A DNA stretch of 64,000 bases from Mobula hypostoma (lineage: Eukaryota): contig NC_086097.1 of the NCBI RefSeq assembly GCF_963921235.1, positions 241,244,001-241,308,000 on the forward strand. The letters run 5' to 3'. Both the position numbers and the translations under genes were made by a program. Positions 36,175 through 49,406 of this stretch are shown here, one piece after another (the stretch's first letter is position 1; the number at the start of each line of letters is the position of its first letter). The notes beneath the pieces were generated by a model. That model searched no databases and was not told the DNA's origin. It worked only from the letters and a program-made list of their open reading frames with translations.

Positions 36175-37545
36175 GACTTCAGTCTTCAGTCTCTGCCTGT
36201 ACTCAGGGAGTAGAAGTACAGCCGGGTGACCAGACTTTCCAAAGAGAGGGCGTGAGATGGCACAGTAAGGGCTCATGATGGTTGTATAACAGTGGTCCAG
36301 TGTGTGAAGTCCTCCGATCACACAAATGATATGTTGGTGATAATTATTTAGTGGCTTTTTCAAGCCGACTTGGTTAAAAAAGGAGGAGAAGATGGCGGCG
36401 CGACGCAGCACGCAGTGGCCTCTCCGGTGAATGATATCTATTATCTGTCAAGTAGGGTGCCGTGCATAATCCTGATTTGATGAAGACAGACGTGAGAGCA
36501 CAGAGGAACATCTGGAGAAACTTCTGAAATGCCTTCTTCGCTGCCGCTGTTACTGTGTGATCCAAAATCTCCGGAGGAGAAGGCCCCGAGTCCTCGGCTT
36601 TGCTTGTTGCTCAGCGGCCAGGGCGGGGTCGAAGTGCTCGGCAGAGGATGGTGCTCGGAGAGGCTGTATCAGAGGGGCTGGTTGGAGGCTCAAAGTTTTC
36701 GGACGGACTCAGAGTCAGCTGTGGTTGGGTGCTTCCAATGCATCGGCAGTTGTCGGCGCCTGGAGGTTTATGGCAGGGAGAGTTTCTCCTTTTTGCCGCC
36801 TGTTATCGGGAGTATCGGGAGTCGATCGGAACTTTGAGACTTTTTTTTACCATGCCCATGGTCTGCTGTTTATCAAATAATGGTATTGCTTTGCACTGCT
36901 GTAACTATATGTTATAATTATGTGGTCTTGTCAGTGTTAGTCTTTAGTTTGTCCTGTTTTTTTTTGTGATATCACTCTGGAGGAACATTGTATCATTTCT
37001 TAATGCATGCATTTCTAAATGACAATAAATGAGGACTGCGTGACCTCATAATCTAAAAAAAATCCCCCAAAATGATGGGGAAGGCATCGGGTGTGCTATT
37101 TCATGTCTGTTTATTCTGTCACTCAGTTCACCTAGAGCCTGTTTGACACGGGCAGAGGTGGATATACACCGCTACTAAGATGATTACTGAAAACTCCCAA
37201 GGCCAATACAGTGGGCACCACTTGATTGCTAGATGTTCCAGGTTGGGCTAGAACCTGGCTTGTTTATGCACCATGAGGAGTTAATCATATGGCATACTCC
37301 ACCTCCTCTGCTCTTGAAGTACTCAGCAGTCCTATCTTGTTGGTGAATTGTGAAGCTAGCTATTGTTACTTCTGGAATGGCAGGGAATATCCAAATCCCT
37401 GTAAAAGAAACTAGATAGCAGTCCCTGATGTCCCTCTGGTACAGCAATCTTGCTCTGAGGTCTTCGATTTTATTTACCAGAGACTGTACTTTGCCAGCAG
37501 AATAGTGGCGTGGAAGTCAGAACCCTCTTCTCCTTAAACGAACTT
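36175..37545 (-). mobile_element. Rex1/Babar APE endonuclease region split by family B
   Basis: RGGGVC, DAFPIILGDFNQ (across the insertion), TLDHCYT and GKSGHPAVLLLP motifs. Confidence 0.75.
36382..37062 (+). mobile_element. Family B non-autonomous element
   Basis: Full-length homolog; inserted at a ttaaaaaa site. Confidence 0.88.
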
Positions 37546-37844
37546 TTAATCCAACGTGGCATCAGCTCTTCCGTTGTCTTAAAGGGAAACTGCACTAGCA
37601 ACCGGAGACTGCCAACCGCGATTCGTCAACTTTGCATAGTGATAGATTTTTAAATGTATTAAAACGATGTTACTTACAATATCGACCATGGTCGTTTCTG
37701 TGGATTTCAGCCGTTCCAGTCTAAAATGTGAATATTTGATGATTTCCATCAGAGCGGCTCGCACAAATTGCTTTCTTAATGACGCCCCAAAAGTTACTAT
37801 TTCATGAGGTACTGAAGTTTTATAATACATTGATGAGACGTAAT

Positions 37845-38375
37845 TTGGAGTTTTGTGTGCAATTTTGGCCATCTTCCTACAGGAAAGATGTAAATAAAGT
37901 TGAAAGAGCACAGGTAAAATATACAAGGATGTTGCCAGGACTGGAGTTATAAGGAGAGATTGAATAGGTTACGATTTTAGTCTTTTGAACGTAGAAGATT
38001 AAGAGGAGATCTTATGGAGGTATACAAAATTATAAGGAGTATAGATAGGGTAAATGCAAGCAGGCTTTTTCCACTGAGATTGGATGGGACTACAACCAGA
38101 GGTCGTGGGTTAAGGGCGAAAGATGAAATGTATAAGGGGAACATGAGAGGAAACTTCTTCACTCAGAGGGTTCTGAGAGCGTCAAATGAACTGCCAGCAC
38201 AGGTGGTACACGCAAGCTCGATTTCAACGGTTATGCGAAGTTTGAACAGATACTTGGATGAAGGGAAATGGAGAGCTATGGTCCTGGTGCAGATTGATGG
38301 GACTCGGCAGTTTAAATAATTCAGCACACACTAAATGGGCTGAAGGGCCTGTTTCTGTGCTGTACTGTTCTATGA
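37845..38375 (+). mobile_element. CR1 3' fragment
   Basis: EVYKIIRSIDRVNASRLFP, GNFFTQRV. Confidence 0.85.
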
Positions 38376-39351
38376 CTGGATTGCAATGATGAAAAATAGT
38401 CAGGGTAGAGATAGATGGGGTGGCAGAGGGAGTGTGGTGAAAGTTTACCATGAGGATATAGGAATGAGAAGTTGAAGTTGCAATCAGATCAGCAATAGTC
38501 TTCATAAGTAGGTAAAGGCATTGAAGGGCCATGCGGCTTGTTCCTGCTCGTAATTCTGTATGTAGTTTTTGGAAATAAGTCCAGGAGTCTAATCACAAAA
38601 GTATAAAATGAGACCAGCTACATGTTTAAAAAAATTCATATCAGTGAATGCATTTTCTTGAAAGCATATTATACTGTAGATTACAAGGCATTTCTCTACT
38701 GCAACATTCCATAGAGATTATGTGGTCAGAGTGTACAGAAATTCTCTCTCTCGCTCTCTCTGTCTCTCTCTAATACTTACAGATTCTTCACAGTAACGGG
38801 CCCTTCCAGCTCAACGAGGCTACACCTCCCAAATACACCCATGTGACCAGTTACTCTACAAACCCATACATCTTCGGAATGTGGGAGGAAAACAGAGCAC
38901 CCAGAGAAAACCCACAATGTCACAGGAAGAACTGAAACTGGGCTGTTGGCACTCTAAAGCATTATGCTACTGTGTCCCTCCATTCTCACTCTCACTCTCT
39001 CTCTCTCTCTCTTTTTCCCTATTTTCCATTGTGCCTTAAGGGCGCCACAGTGGCGTAATGATTAGCTATTATAGCTCGGGGCATCAGAGTTCAGAGTTCA
39101 ATTCAGGCAGCCATCTGTAAGGAGTTTGTACCGTCTCCCCATGACTACATGGTTTCCTCTGGGTGCTCTGGTTTCCTCCACAGTCCAAAGGTGTCTGAGT
39201 TAGTAGGTAATTAGAACACACTGTATCGCTAAGCAAAATAAATAAAAAATAAAAACGTACCTTTGGACTGTGAACAATCAGTGAGCAGGAGGTTGACAAG
39301 CAGCTACATTTTCACTTAAGTTCATAGCTGAAGATTGAAAAGGTAGTGCTT

Positions 39352-39588
39352 TCGAGAGACTTTGAGCTTTTTTTACCGTGCCAATGGCCTGTTCTTCAAG
39401 AAGTTACGGTATTGCTTGCACGGTTGTAACTATATGTTATAATAATGTGTTTTTTGTCAGTTTTTCAGTCTTGGTCTGTCTTGTGTTTCTGTGATATCAC
39501 ACCGGAGGAACATTGTATCATTTCTTAATGCATGCATTACTAAATGATAATAAAAGAGGACTGCGTGTCCTCATAATCTAATCTAATC
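39352..39588 (+). mobile_element. 5'-truncated family B copy
   Basis: Only the 3' 240 bp, ending ctcataatctaatctaatc. Confidence 0.8.
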
Positions 39589-39589
39589 C

Positions 39590-42500
39590 AGGCGGTTTTT
39601 TAGTGTGGGACTGTGCCCAATCAGGGAACAGGATTCGTGAGAAAGGGTGAATAAAGTAAGGCAGGGGCAAACGGAGTGGCCATTGTGTGAGTGGGCCAGT
39701 GCTGGAGTGGTTTTAGCTTATCAGGTGGGCGAGGTAAGTATCTGGTAGGTTTCTTCTTCTTCTTTATTCTTTATTCATCATCTGTTTGGGTACAAGATGA
39801 ATTTGTAGAGCAGTTACTGTCACTGGATCATGGCTGAAAGAAGATTAGGTGGGAGCTTAAAGTCCAAGGAAACACATTGTATTGAAAAGACATGCTGGTA
39901 GTCAGAGAGGGCTGCAGGCACATTTGGTAAAAAATTTAATCAAATCATTTGAAAGGTGTGACCTGGGATTGGAAGGTGTAGAATTGTTGATGATAGAGCT
40001 AAGAAACTGCAAGGGTAAAAAGACCCTGATAGAAGTTATATTCAGACACCATACAGTATTAAGGATGTGGTCTGCAAATTACAACGGGAGAAAGAAAATG
40101 CATATCAAAAGGACAATGTTACAATAGTCATGGGGGATTTTAATATGCAGGTAGATTGGGAAAATTAGGTTGATGCTAAATCCCAAGAGGGGGAGTTTTG
40201 AGAATGTGTACCAGATTGCTTTTTAGAGCAGCTTGTTCTGGATCAGTTATTCTGGATTGGGCTTTGTGTAATGAATCGGAATTTATCAGAGAGCTTAAGG
40301 TAAAGGAACCTTTATGGGAAAGTAATCATAATATGATAGAATTAACCCTGCAATTTTGAAGGAGAAGCGTAAGTCAGAGGTATCAGTATTACAACGGAGT
40401 AAAGGGAATTACAGAGGCATGAGAGAGGATCTGGCCAAAATTGATTGGAAGGGAACACTAGCAGGGATGATGTCAGGGCAGCAGTGGCTGGAATTTCTGG
40501 GAGCAATTTGGAAGGCGCAGGATAGGTACATCCCAAAGAAGGAAATGTATTCTAAAAGCAGGGTGAAGCAACCGTAGCTGACGAGAGAAGACAAAGTTAA
40601 CATAAAAGTCAAAGAGAGGGCATATAATAGAGCCAAAAATTAGTGGGAAGTTAAAGGACTGGGAAGCTTATAAAAACCAACAGAGAGAAACTAAGTCATA
40701 AAGAAAGAAAAGATGGAATACGAAGGTAAGCTAGTCAATAATATTAAAGAGGATAACAAAATTTCCTTCAGATACATAAAGGGTAAAAGAGAGGCAAGAG
40801 TGGATATTGGACTGCTGGAAAATGATGCTGGAGAGGTAGTGATGGGGAAAATGAAATGGCAGATGAACTGAATAAGTATTTTGCATCAGTCTTCACTGTG
40901 GAAGACACTAGCAGTATGGTGGAAGCTCCAGATGTCAGGGGGCATGAAGTGTGTGAAGTTATCATAACTAGACAGAAGGTTCTTGGGAAACTGAAAACTA
41001 GATAAGTTACCTGGACTGGACTAGATGGTATACAGCCCAGGCTGAAAAGATTGTGGAGGCACCAGTAATGATCTTACAAGAATCACAAGATTCTGGAATG
41101 GTTCTGGAAGACTGGAAAATGATGCTGGAGAGGTAGAAATGGAGAACAAGGAAATGACAGATGAACTGAATAAATATTATGCATCAATTTTCACTATGCA
41201 GGAACTTCAAGTGTCAGGGGCAGAAGTGCTTGAAGTTGCCATTACTAGCAAGAAGATTCTTGGTAAATTGAAAGACTTGAAGGTAGGTAAGTCACTGGAC
41301 CAGATGACTTACACCCCAGGGGTCTGAAAGTGGTGGCTGAAGAAATTGTGGATGCATTAGTCCTGATCTTTCTTGAATCAGTGGAGTCTGGAATGGTTCC
41401 GGAGGACTGGAAAGTCACAAATATCACTCCACTCTTCAAGAAGGGAGAGAGGCAGGAGAAAGAAAATTATAGGCCAGTTAGTCTGACCTCAGTGTTTGAG
41501 AAGATGTTGGATTCGATTGTTAAAGATGTGGTTTTGGGATACTTGGAAGCACTTGATAAAATACGTCATAGACAGCATTGTTCCCTTCAGGGAAAATCTT
41601 GCCTAACAAATCTGTTGGAAGTCTTTGCAAAAAAAACAAACAGGATAGACAAAGGAGAGTCAGCTGATGTTGTGTACTTGGATTTTTTAGAAGAATTCTG
41701 ACAAGGTCCCAATCATGAGGCTGCTTAACAAGTTAAGAGCCCATGGTATTACAGGAAGGATTCTAGCAGGGATAAAGCAATGGCTAATTGGCGGGAGGTA
41801 AAGAGTAGAAATAAAGGGAGCCTTTTCTGATTGGCTGCTGGTGACTAGTGGTGTTCCACAGGGGTCTGGGTCGGAACCGATTCTTTTTACGTTACACATC
41901 AATGATTTAGATGATGGAATGTTGGCTTTGTGACCAAGTTTGTGGATGATACGAAGATAGGTGAAGGGTCAAGTCATTTTTGAGGAAACAGAGAGGATAC
42001 AGAAGGACTTAGACCGATTTGGCGAATGGGCAAAGAAATGGCAGATGGAATGCAGTGCTGGGAAACGTATAGTCATGCATTTTGGTAGGAGAAATAAAAG
42101 CATAGAATATCTTCTAAATGGAGAGGAAATTCAAAAAACTGAGGTGCAAAGGGACTTTGGAGTCCTCATGCAGGATTCCCTAAAGGTTAATTTGCAGGTT
42201 GCATAAGTGTTGAGGAAAGCAAATGCGATGTTAGCATTCATTTCAAGAAGACTTGAATACAAAAGCAAGGATGTAATGTTGAGACTTTATAAGGCACTGG
42301 TAAGGCCTCACTTGGAGCATTGTGAGCCATTTTGAGCCCCTTATCTAGGAAAGGATGTGTTGGCATTGGAGAGGGTTCAAAGCAGGTTTACGACAATGAT
42401 TCCAGGATTAAAAGGCTTATCATATGACAAGTATTTGATGGCTCTGGGCCTCTACTCTTACAGAAGAATGAGGTGTGACCTCACTGAAACCTATCAAATG

Positions 42501-42848
42501 TTGAAAGGGCTCGATGGAGTGCATGTGGAGAGGATATTTCCTATGGCGAAAGATAAGAAAACACAGCCTCAGAACAGAGGGACATTCATTTAGGACAGAG
42601 ATGAAGAGGAATTTCTTCAGCCACAGAGTCACAAATCTGTGGAATTTGTTGCCACAGGCGGCTGAGTATACTTAAGGCAGAGGTTGATAGGTCCTTGATT
42701 AGTTAGGGCATGAAGGATATACGCAGGAGATCGGGGCCGAGAGGGAAATGGATCAGCCATGATGAAATGTCGGAATGGACTTGATAAGCCAGATGAGGCA
42801 GACTAAATGGCTTGTTTCTGCTCCTCTATCTTATGGTCTCATGGTCTA
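39590..42848 (+). mobile_element. Long degenerate CR1 LINE (putative 5' UTR, APE, RT, 3' UTR)
   Basis: APE remnants (IVMGDFN), PEDWKVTNITPLFKKG, NYRPVSLTS, SCLTNLLE, DVVYLDF, SGVPQG, KFVDDTK; many stops and frameshifts; no ORF1 recognised. Confidence 0.9.
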
Positions 42849-43402
42849 AAACAAAATATGTGAAGGACAGAATTAGATGCAGTGCAGTCATATGACAACT
42901 AAACTGGAAAATCAGTTAAGAGTCATGATAAATATTGGTCATGTCTGTGCAATGACACTTGTTTATTAGGAAAGTGACAGAACATCAGTTGCTGTCTGTC
43001 ACGCACATATTGATAAGCTGCAGGCAGAGTCTAACAAGGTTATCAGTGGAGATCTTATGCAACAGCTGTCACAAGGAAAGTTGCAACCATTGTTTATTCA
43101 TATCAGACGCGTAAATCTGAATTTTGCAAAAGAATGCACTCTCCAGCATGACCATGTACGTTGAGATAATAAAATGCAAACATTGCAATGTGTTGATAAT
43201 TTTTATCAGTCTGCAGTTCAGAAGGATGTTTAGGCTCATGTGATTAGTTTTCTGCTGACTTTCCATGAGGTTGTAAAGGATATTTTGTTAAAAGCTGAAA
43301 TTCGTGCCTATTTTTTTTCCACAGAAGAGGCATTGTGTTATCAGAGGTGATCAAAACCGGAGGTGCAATGGGAATTGGGAGTCCTCCTGCAGGATTCCTG
43401 AA

Positions 43403-44116
43403 GTGTCCTCCGACACTTCACCTGTGAGTCGGCTGGGGTGTTATACTGCGCCCGGTGCTCCCGATGTGGCCTTCTATATATTGGCGAGACCTGACGCAGA
43501 CTGGGAGATCGTTTCGCTGAACACCTATGCTCTGTCCGCCAGAGAAAGCAGGATCTCCCAGTGGCCACACGTTTTAATTCCACATCCCATTCCCATTCTG
43601 ACATGTCTATCCCTGGCCTCCTCTACTGTAAAGATGAAGCCACACTCAGGTTGGAGGAACAACACCTTATATTCCATCTGGGTAGCCTCCAACCTGATGG
43701 CACGAACATTGACTTTTCAAACTTCCGCTAATGCCCCACCTCCCCCTCGTACCCCATCCATTATTTATATACACACATTCTTTCTCTCACTCTCCTTTTT
43801 CTCCCTCTGTCCCCCTGACTATACCCCTTGTCCATCCTCTGGGTTTCCCCCCCTCCCCCTTTTTCCTTTTCCCTGGGCCTCCTGTCCCACGATCCTCTCA
43901 TATCCCCTTTGCCAATCACCTGTCCAGCTCTTGGCTCCATCCCTCCCCCTCCTGTCTTCCCCTATCATTTTGGATCTCCCCCTCCCACTTTCAAATCTCT
44001 TACTAGCTCTTCCTTCAGTTAGTCCTGATGAAGGGTCTCGGTCCGAAACGTCGACTGTACCTCTTCCTAGAGATGCTGCCTGACCTGCTGCGTCAACCAG
44101 CAACTTTGATGTGTGT
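43403..44116 (+). mobile_element. 5'-truncated PLE, close relative of 28361-29313
   Basis: GIY-YIG region with internal stop; pseudo-LTR; 8-bp TSD ttcctgaa at 43395-43402 and 44117-44124 inside a CR1 fragment. Confidence 0.9.
44021..44057 (+). ncRNA. Minimal type I hammerhead ribozyme motif (best-preserved copy)
   Basis: Stem I AGTC/GACT, core CTGATGA 44025-44031, stem II GGGT-CTCG-GTCC, GAAAC, GTC; predicted cut after 44052; palindromic ACGT in place of stem III. Confidence 0.85.
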
Positions 44117-44932
44117 TTCCTGAAAAGTTAATGTGGGTTGAGTCGGTGGTAAGGAAAGAAAATGGAATACTGGTAGTATTTTGAGAGGACTGCAATATAA
44201 GAACAAGGATGCAATGCTGAGGCTTTATAAGGCATCTGTCAGACTGCAGTTGGAGCATCATGAGTTGTTTTAGGCCCCTTAGCTAAGAAAGGATGTACAG
44301 TATTGGCATAGGAGAGACCATTAGACCATGAGATAATAATATATAGGCGTGGATTAGGTCATTTGGCCCTTTGAATCTGCTCCACCATTTCATCATATCT
44401 AATTTATTATCCCTCTCAACCCTACTCTCCTGCCATTATCCCATAACCTTTGACACCCTTTCTAATTAAGAACCTATCAACCTCCACTTTAGATATACAT
44501 GATGACCTGGCCTCCACAGCCGTCTGTGGCAATGAATTCCACAGATTCAGCGCCCTCTGGCTAGAGAAATTCCTCCTTATTTCTGTTATAAAAGTACGTC
44601 CTTCTATTCAGAGGATGTGCTCTCCGATACTAGACTCCCCCACTACGGGAAACACATCTCAACGTCTACTTTATCTGGACCATTCAACATTAGATAGGTT
44701 TCAGTGAGATCCCCCCCTCATTCTTCTAAACTGGGGAGAGTAGAGGCCCAGAGCCGTCAAATGCTCCTCGTACATTAACCCTTTCATTCCTGGGATCCTC
44801 CTCGTGAACCCTTTCTAATGCCAGCACACCTTTACTTAGAACCCATGAGCACTCCCTCACTACATTTTTTTTCTCTTTTTGCACTACTTATTTAATTATA
44901 TATAAAATATAAATATATATTTTAAAAAAATA

Positions 44933-44962
<30 letters not shown>

Positions 44963-44965
<3 letters not shown>

Positions 44966-45252
44966 CCGTTAGTCTTGCGAGACCATGGATCTGCGCCTGG
45001 AAAGTCTTCACTCTCCAGGGTGCAGGCCTGGACAAGGTTGTATGGAAGACCAGCAGTTGCCCATGCTGCAAGTCTCCCCTCTCCACGACACCAATATTGT
45101 CCAAGGGAAGGGCATTAGGACCCATACAGCTTGGCACCAGTGTCGTCGCAGAGCGATATGTGATTAAGTGCCTTGCTCAAGGACACAACACGTTCCCTCG
45201 GCTGGTGCTCGAACTCACGACCTTCAGGTCGCTAGTCCAATGCCTTAACCAC
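44963..45252 (-). mobile_element. SINE family A adjoining a (CA)n tract
   Basis: Homologous to 25475-25789; (CA)n at 44934-44962. Confidence 0.88.
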
Positions 45253-45699
45253 TTTTTATACACACGCACATACATAATTTTTATTATTATGCATTGCACT
45301 GTACTGCTGCCGCAAAACAACACATTTCATGACATATGCCTGCAAGATTAAATATGGTTCTGATTCTTATTCTGATTCTGAGAGGGTCCAGAGAAGGTCT
45401 CTCTGGTCCCTCTCCCCCATACTTTTCTACAATCAACGTAAATCTATGCCCTCTCGTATTAGCTATTTAACCATGGGAAAATGTCTCTGATTGTCCATTA
45501 TTGCATTAAGGCCCATATGCTCCTCATCCCCCTACTGTGCATGTTGGAACTTTCCATATTCAAGATCAAATCCTCCATCTTTAGATGGCTAAAGTTATCT
45601 AAAGGATCCATAAATGGTGGCATAGAAATGTAGTGGTTAGTGTAACACTATTAGAGCACCAGCGAGCCAGGTTCTATTCTGTCACTGTCTGTAAGAAGC

Positions 45700-46400
45700 T
45701 TAATGTTACTACTCAAGACAAAGAGATTACAGTGCTACTCCAGTTCGTGCAACACAGATATTTACAATGCATGCGGTATGCCTTGAGTTAAAAATCCTAT
45801 GTTTACATGCAACAAGTGATTTTGGTAGTCTGTAACACTCAAAGGCAATTCAGGCTGCAACTGCACAACAACCCTCTGGAAGAATCTGTTTTCAGTCTTA
45901 CTGTCCTAGCTAAGATGTTTCTGTATCTCCGACCAGATGGCAGAAAATTGAACAGACGGTGTCCGGGATGGGATGGGTCTTTAATGATGTTATGAGTGCG
46001 CAATAGGCATCGAGAGTTGCGGATTGTCTCCAGTCCGGTAGTTGAGCCCCAGTAATGTGCTGAGCCATCCTAATCACCCGTTGGAGTGCTTTGTGATCTG
46101 TCTCGCTGCAGCCAGAGTACCACGCTGTCATTCCGTATGTCAGTATGCCCTCTATCGAAGACCGGTAAAAGTTGGCCAGCTATATTTGGAGCAAATTAGC
46201 TCTCTTTAAGCACCTCAGGTAGTATAGTCACTGTTGTGCCTTCCATAGTCTCGAGGCTAAGTTGTTGGACCAAGAGAGCCCGTCAATGATGTTCATCCCC
46301 AAAAACCCTTTCCACTACCTCACCATTTATGAATAATGGGGCTTGTTCAGGACCTCTTGTCTTCCTGAAGTCAATTATAATTTTTTTTTGTCTTCTTGAT
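45700..46400 (-). mobile_element. Degenerate Rex1/Babar fragment (similar copy at 47300-47770)
   Basis: IIDFRKTRGPEQAPLFINGEVVERV; MTAWYSGCSETDHKALQRVI. Confidence 0.8.
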
Positions 46401-47783
46401 GTTGAGGGATTGATTTTCACTGTGATACGTTCTCCCTGTGACGGTATGGGTTTCCTCTCACATCCCACATGGGTGTGATTTGGCGGCAGAAAGGACTGTT
46501 ACTGTGCTGTGTCTCTAAAGTTCAAAGTTCAAAGTGTATTTAAGTACATTTATTGTCAATGTATGTACAAGTTATACAACCTTGAGATTCGTCTCCTTAC
46601 AGGCAGCCACTAAACAAGAAACCCAAAATATAACTCATTAAAAAAGACCAACCCAATGCACAGAGAGAGAAAAAAAAACACACATTGAGGAAAAATAAAA
46701 GTAAGTGACAGCATTCAGAATGAAAGTGGGTCCATAGACACGAAGCCCAGAGCAGGCCATTGCCTCAGTCTCGGTTCACGCAGCTGAGCAAATCATCACA
46801 CACAAAATAAAATGAAATAAACACACAAACATTGTCTCATTATTCAATTCAGCACTATTTATTTATTCTTGTAATTTATGTCTTTGCATTGTACTGCTGC
46901 CTCAAAGCAACAAATTTCATGTCATGTAAGACAGTTATAAATGCTCATTTTGTGTGTTTCAGAACCGCCTATTTTTGCAAATGATCTATGCTTCTGGTTC
47001 AGTTTTGTTTGATTCCATTAGTGCAGCCCAACCTAGTTGTACCTGTCCACAGTGTCGCTCTTTGACATACATGATACTTCTTTCTTATCATTATCATTCC
47101 ATCAGCCCATTGAACAAGTGATATCTGCAGCATCTCCCCATGGTAACCCCAGCATAAATATTCTCTTTACCCTGTCCAACTGCAACCCCACACCCTCTTT
47201 CTCAGCAACTTAATATTGACTGGTCCAGTAAGTCTACCTACTCTCAGAGACCACATTATGAGGTAATTAATGCAAATATCTAATCAGCCAATCTTGATGT
47301 TTGGCTCTATCTCCTACCTGTTGTAGGAGACTGAACAGACAGTGTCCAGGAGGGGATGGGTCTCTAATGATGTTATGAGCTATTGAGTAATTGAGTCCCA
47401 GTGACGAGTTGAGCCATCCTAATTACCCATTGGAGTGCTTTATGATCTGTCTTGCGGCAGCTAGAGTACCACACTGTCATTCCATATGTCTAAATGCTCT
47501 GTACTGCACATTGATAAAAGTTGGCCAACAACTTTTGGGACTACTTAGCTCTCCTTAAACACCTCAGGGTGTATAGCCACTGTTGTGCCTTCCCTCCTGT
47601 CCAGGTTGTGTTCATGGACCAACAGAGTGATGCTCATCCCCATACACTTGAAACTGGAGACCCTTTCCACTACCTCACCATTTTTGAAGAGTGGGGCTTG
47701 TTCAAGACCTCTTGTCTTCATGAAGTCAATTATCACTTCTTTTGTCTTCTTGATGTTGAGTGGCAGGTTATAGTTTCCCTGTT

Positions 47784-48473
47784 TTAGATTAGATTAGATT
47801 AGATTCAACTTTATTGTCATTGTGCCGAGTACAGATACAAAGCCAATGAAATGCATTTAGCATCTGACCAGAAATGCAAAGAATTGTGTTATTTACAAAA
47901 TAGCTGGGAATAAAAAGTGCTACAGCACACAAATATAGAAGTACTGAGATAGTACAATATGGGTACAATACTGCTTAGCGCTGTGATGAGAGGTTCAGCA
48001 GGGTCACAGCCTCAGGGAAGAAGCTCTTCCTGTGCCTGCTGGTGCGGGAGCAGAGACTCCTGTAGCACCTACTGGTTGGGAGGAGAGTAAAAGGTCCATG
48101 GTTAGGGTGAGATGCATCCTTGATAATGCTTTTCGCCCTGCGCAGGCAGCGTTTATGGTAGATGTTCTCAATGGTGGGCAATTGGGTGCCGATAATCCAC
48201 TGGGCAGTTTTCACCACACGCTGGAGTGCTTTGGAGTCTGATATGGGACAATTGCCGTACCACACTGAGATGCAGTTGGTGAGTATGCTCTCAATGGTAC
48301 AGCGTTAAAAGTCCGTCAGTATCCTGGGACAGAGGTGAGCTTTCTTCATGCTCTGCAAGAAATAAAGGCGCTGTTGTGCCTTTTTGATCAGGATGGAGGA
48401 GTTCAGGGACCAGGTGAGATCCTTGGAAACGTGGACACCAAGGAATTTGAAGCTTGATACACGCTCCACTACA
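47784..48473 (-). mobile_element. Young Rex1/Babar 3' fragment with (AATCT)n tail
   Basis: WYGNCPISDSKALQRVVKTAQ..IIKDASHPNH..RKSFFPEAVTLLN; ends atgacaataaagttgaatctaatctaatctaa. Confidence 0.9.
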
Positions 48474-48686
48474 GATGCAGATCCTTAAATGCAGATCTTC
48501 AATCTAGAATGTTTGCTCTATCTGACCTCCTGAGCTGCTGAGTATTTCCAGCATTTACCAGCATCTCTGGTGTTTTGTGAGGCTAGTTGATACCTTATAG
48601 CTGCTTCTCTTGAGGTGGCTGGATGAAAGAGGATGGACTCACTGGAAAAGGCGGAAGACTTTAACATTTTCCTTTCCCTCAGTTTG

Positions 48687-48924
48687 CTGGCTGGTGGCGT
48701 AGTGGCATCAGCACCGGACTTCGGAACGAAGACTCCTGAGTTCGAATTCAGCCGGCTCCCTTGCACGCTCTCCATCCATGCTGGGTTGAGCGTCGAGCTA
48801 GCAACTCGGCCTCGTAAAAATAAGAAAGCCTGCTAAAAAAACGCTGTCATGACAGTGTTCCGATGACTCCACGCTGAGCTAAGGGCTTTCTTCTTCTTCT
48901 TCTTCTTCTTCTTCTTTCTTCTTA
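48687..48924 (+). mobile_element. tRNA-derived SINE with (TTC)n tail (family C)
   Basis: A box tggcgtagtgg, B box gagttcgaatt; perfect 14-bp TSD tttccctcagtttg at 48673-48686 and 48925-48938. Confidence 0.88.
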
Positions 48925-49142
48925 TTTCCCTCAGTTTGGAAAATTGGCCTCTGTGTGGGTGACAGAGGGAGGCGAGTGCCATTGGTAGGCTGAGTAGAAA
49001 GTAATGTAGGAGTGGATCAGATGTAAATGTAGAAACAGTTTGTGGGAGTGTGTGTGTGAGAGAGAAAGAGAGATCTTGAGCATGTGTATTTGTGTGTGTG
49101 TGTGTGTGTATGTGTGAGTGTGTGTGTCAGTGTCTGCACGTT

Positions 49143-49406
49143 GATCTTGAGAGTACAAATGTGAGCATTTGAGCATGAGTGTGTGTGTGTGCATTGATCT
49201 TAATAGTACAAATGTGAGCATTTGAGCGTGAGTGTGTGTGAGTGTGTGTTGATCTTGAGAGTGCAAATGTGAGCATTTGAGCGTGAGTGTGTGTGAGTGT
49301 GCATTGATCTTAATAGTACAAATGTGAGCATTTGAGTGTGAGTGTGTGTGAGTGTGCATTGATCTTAATAGTACAAATGTGAGCATTTGAGTGTGAGAGT
49401 GTGCAT
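49143..49406. repeat. 53-55 bp minisatellite, about 5 units
   Basis: gatctt recurs at 49143, 49196, 49251, 49306 and 49361. Confidence 0.92.

Noticed and set aside
43304..44083. 259-aa ORF
   Set aside because: Off-frame read across a CR1/PLE junction and pyrimidine tract; the GIY-YIG frame itself has a stop
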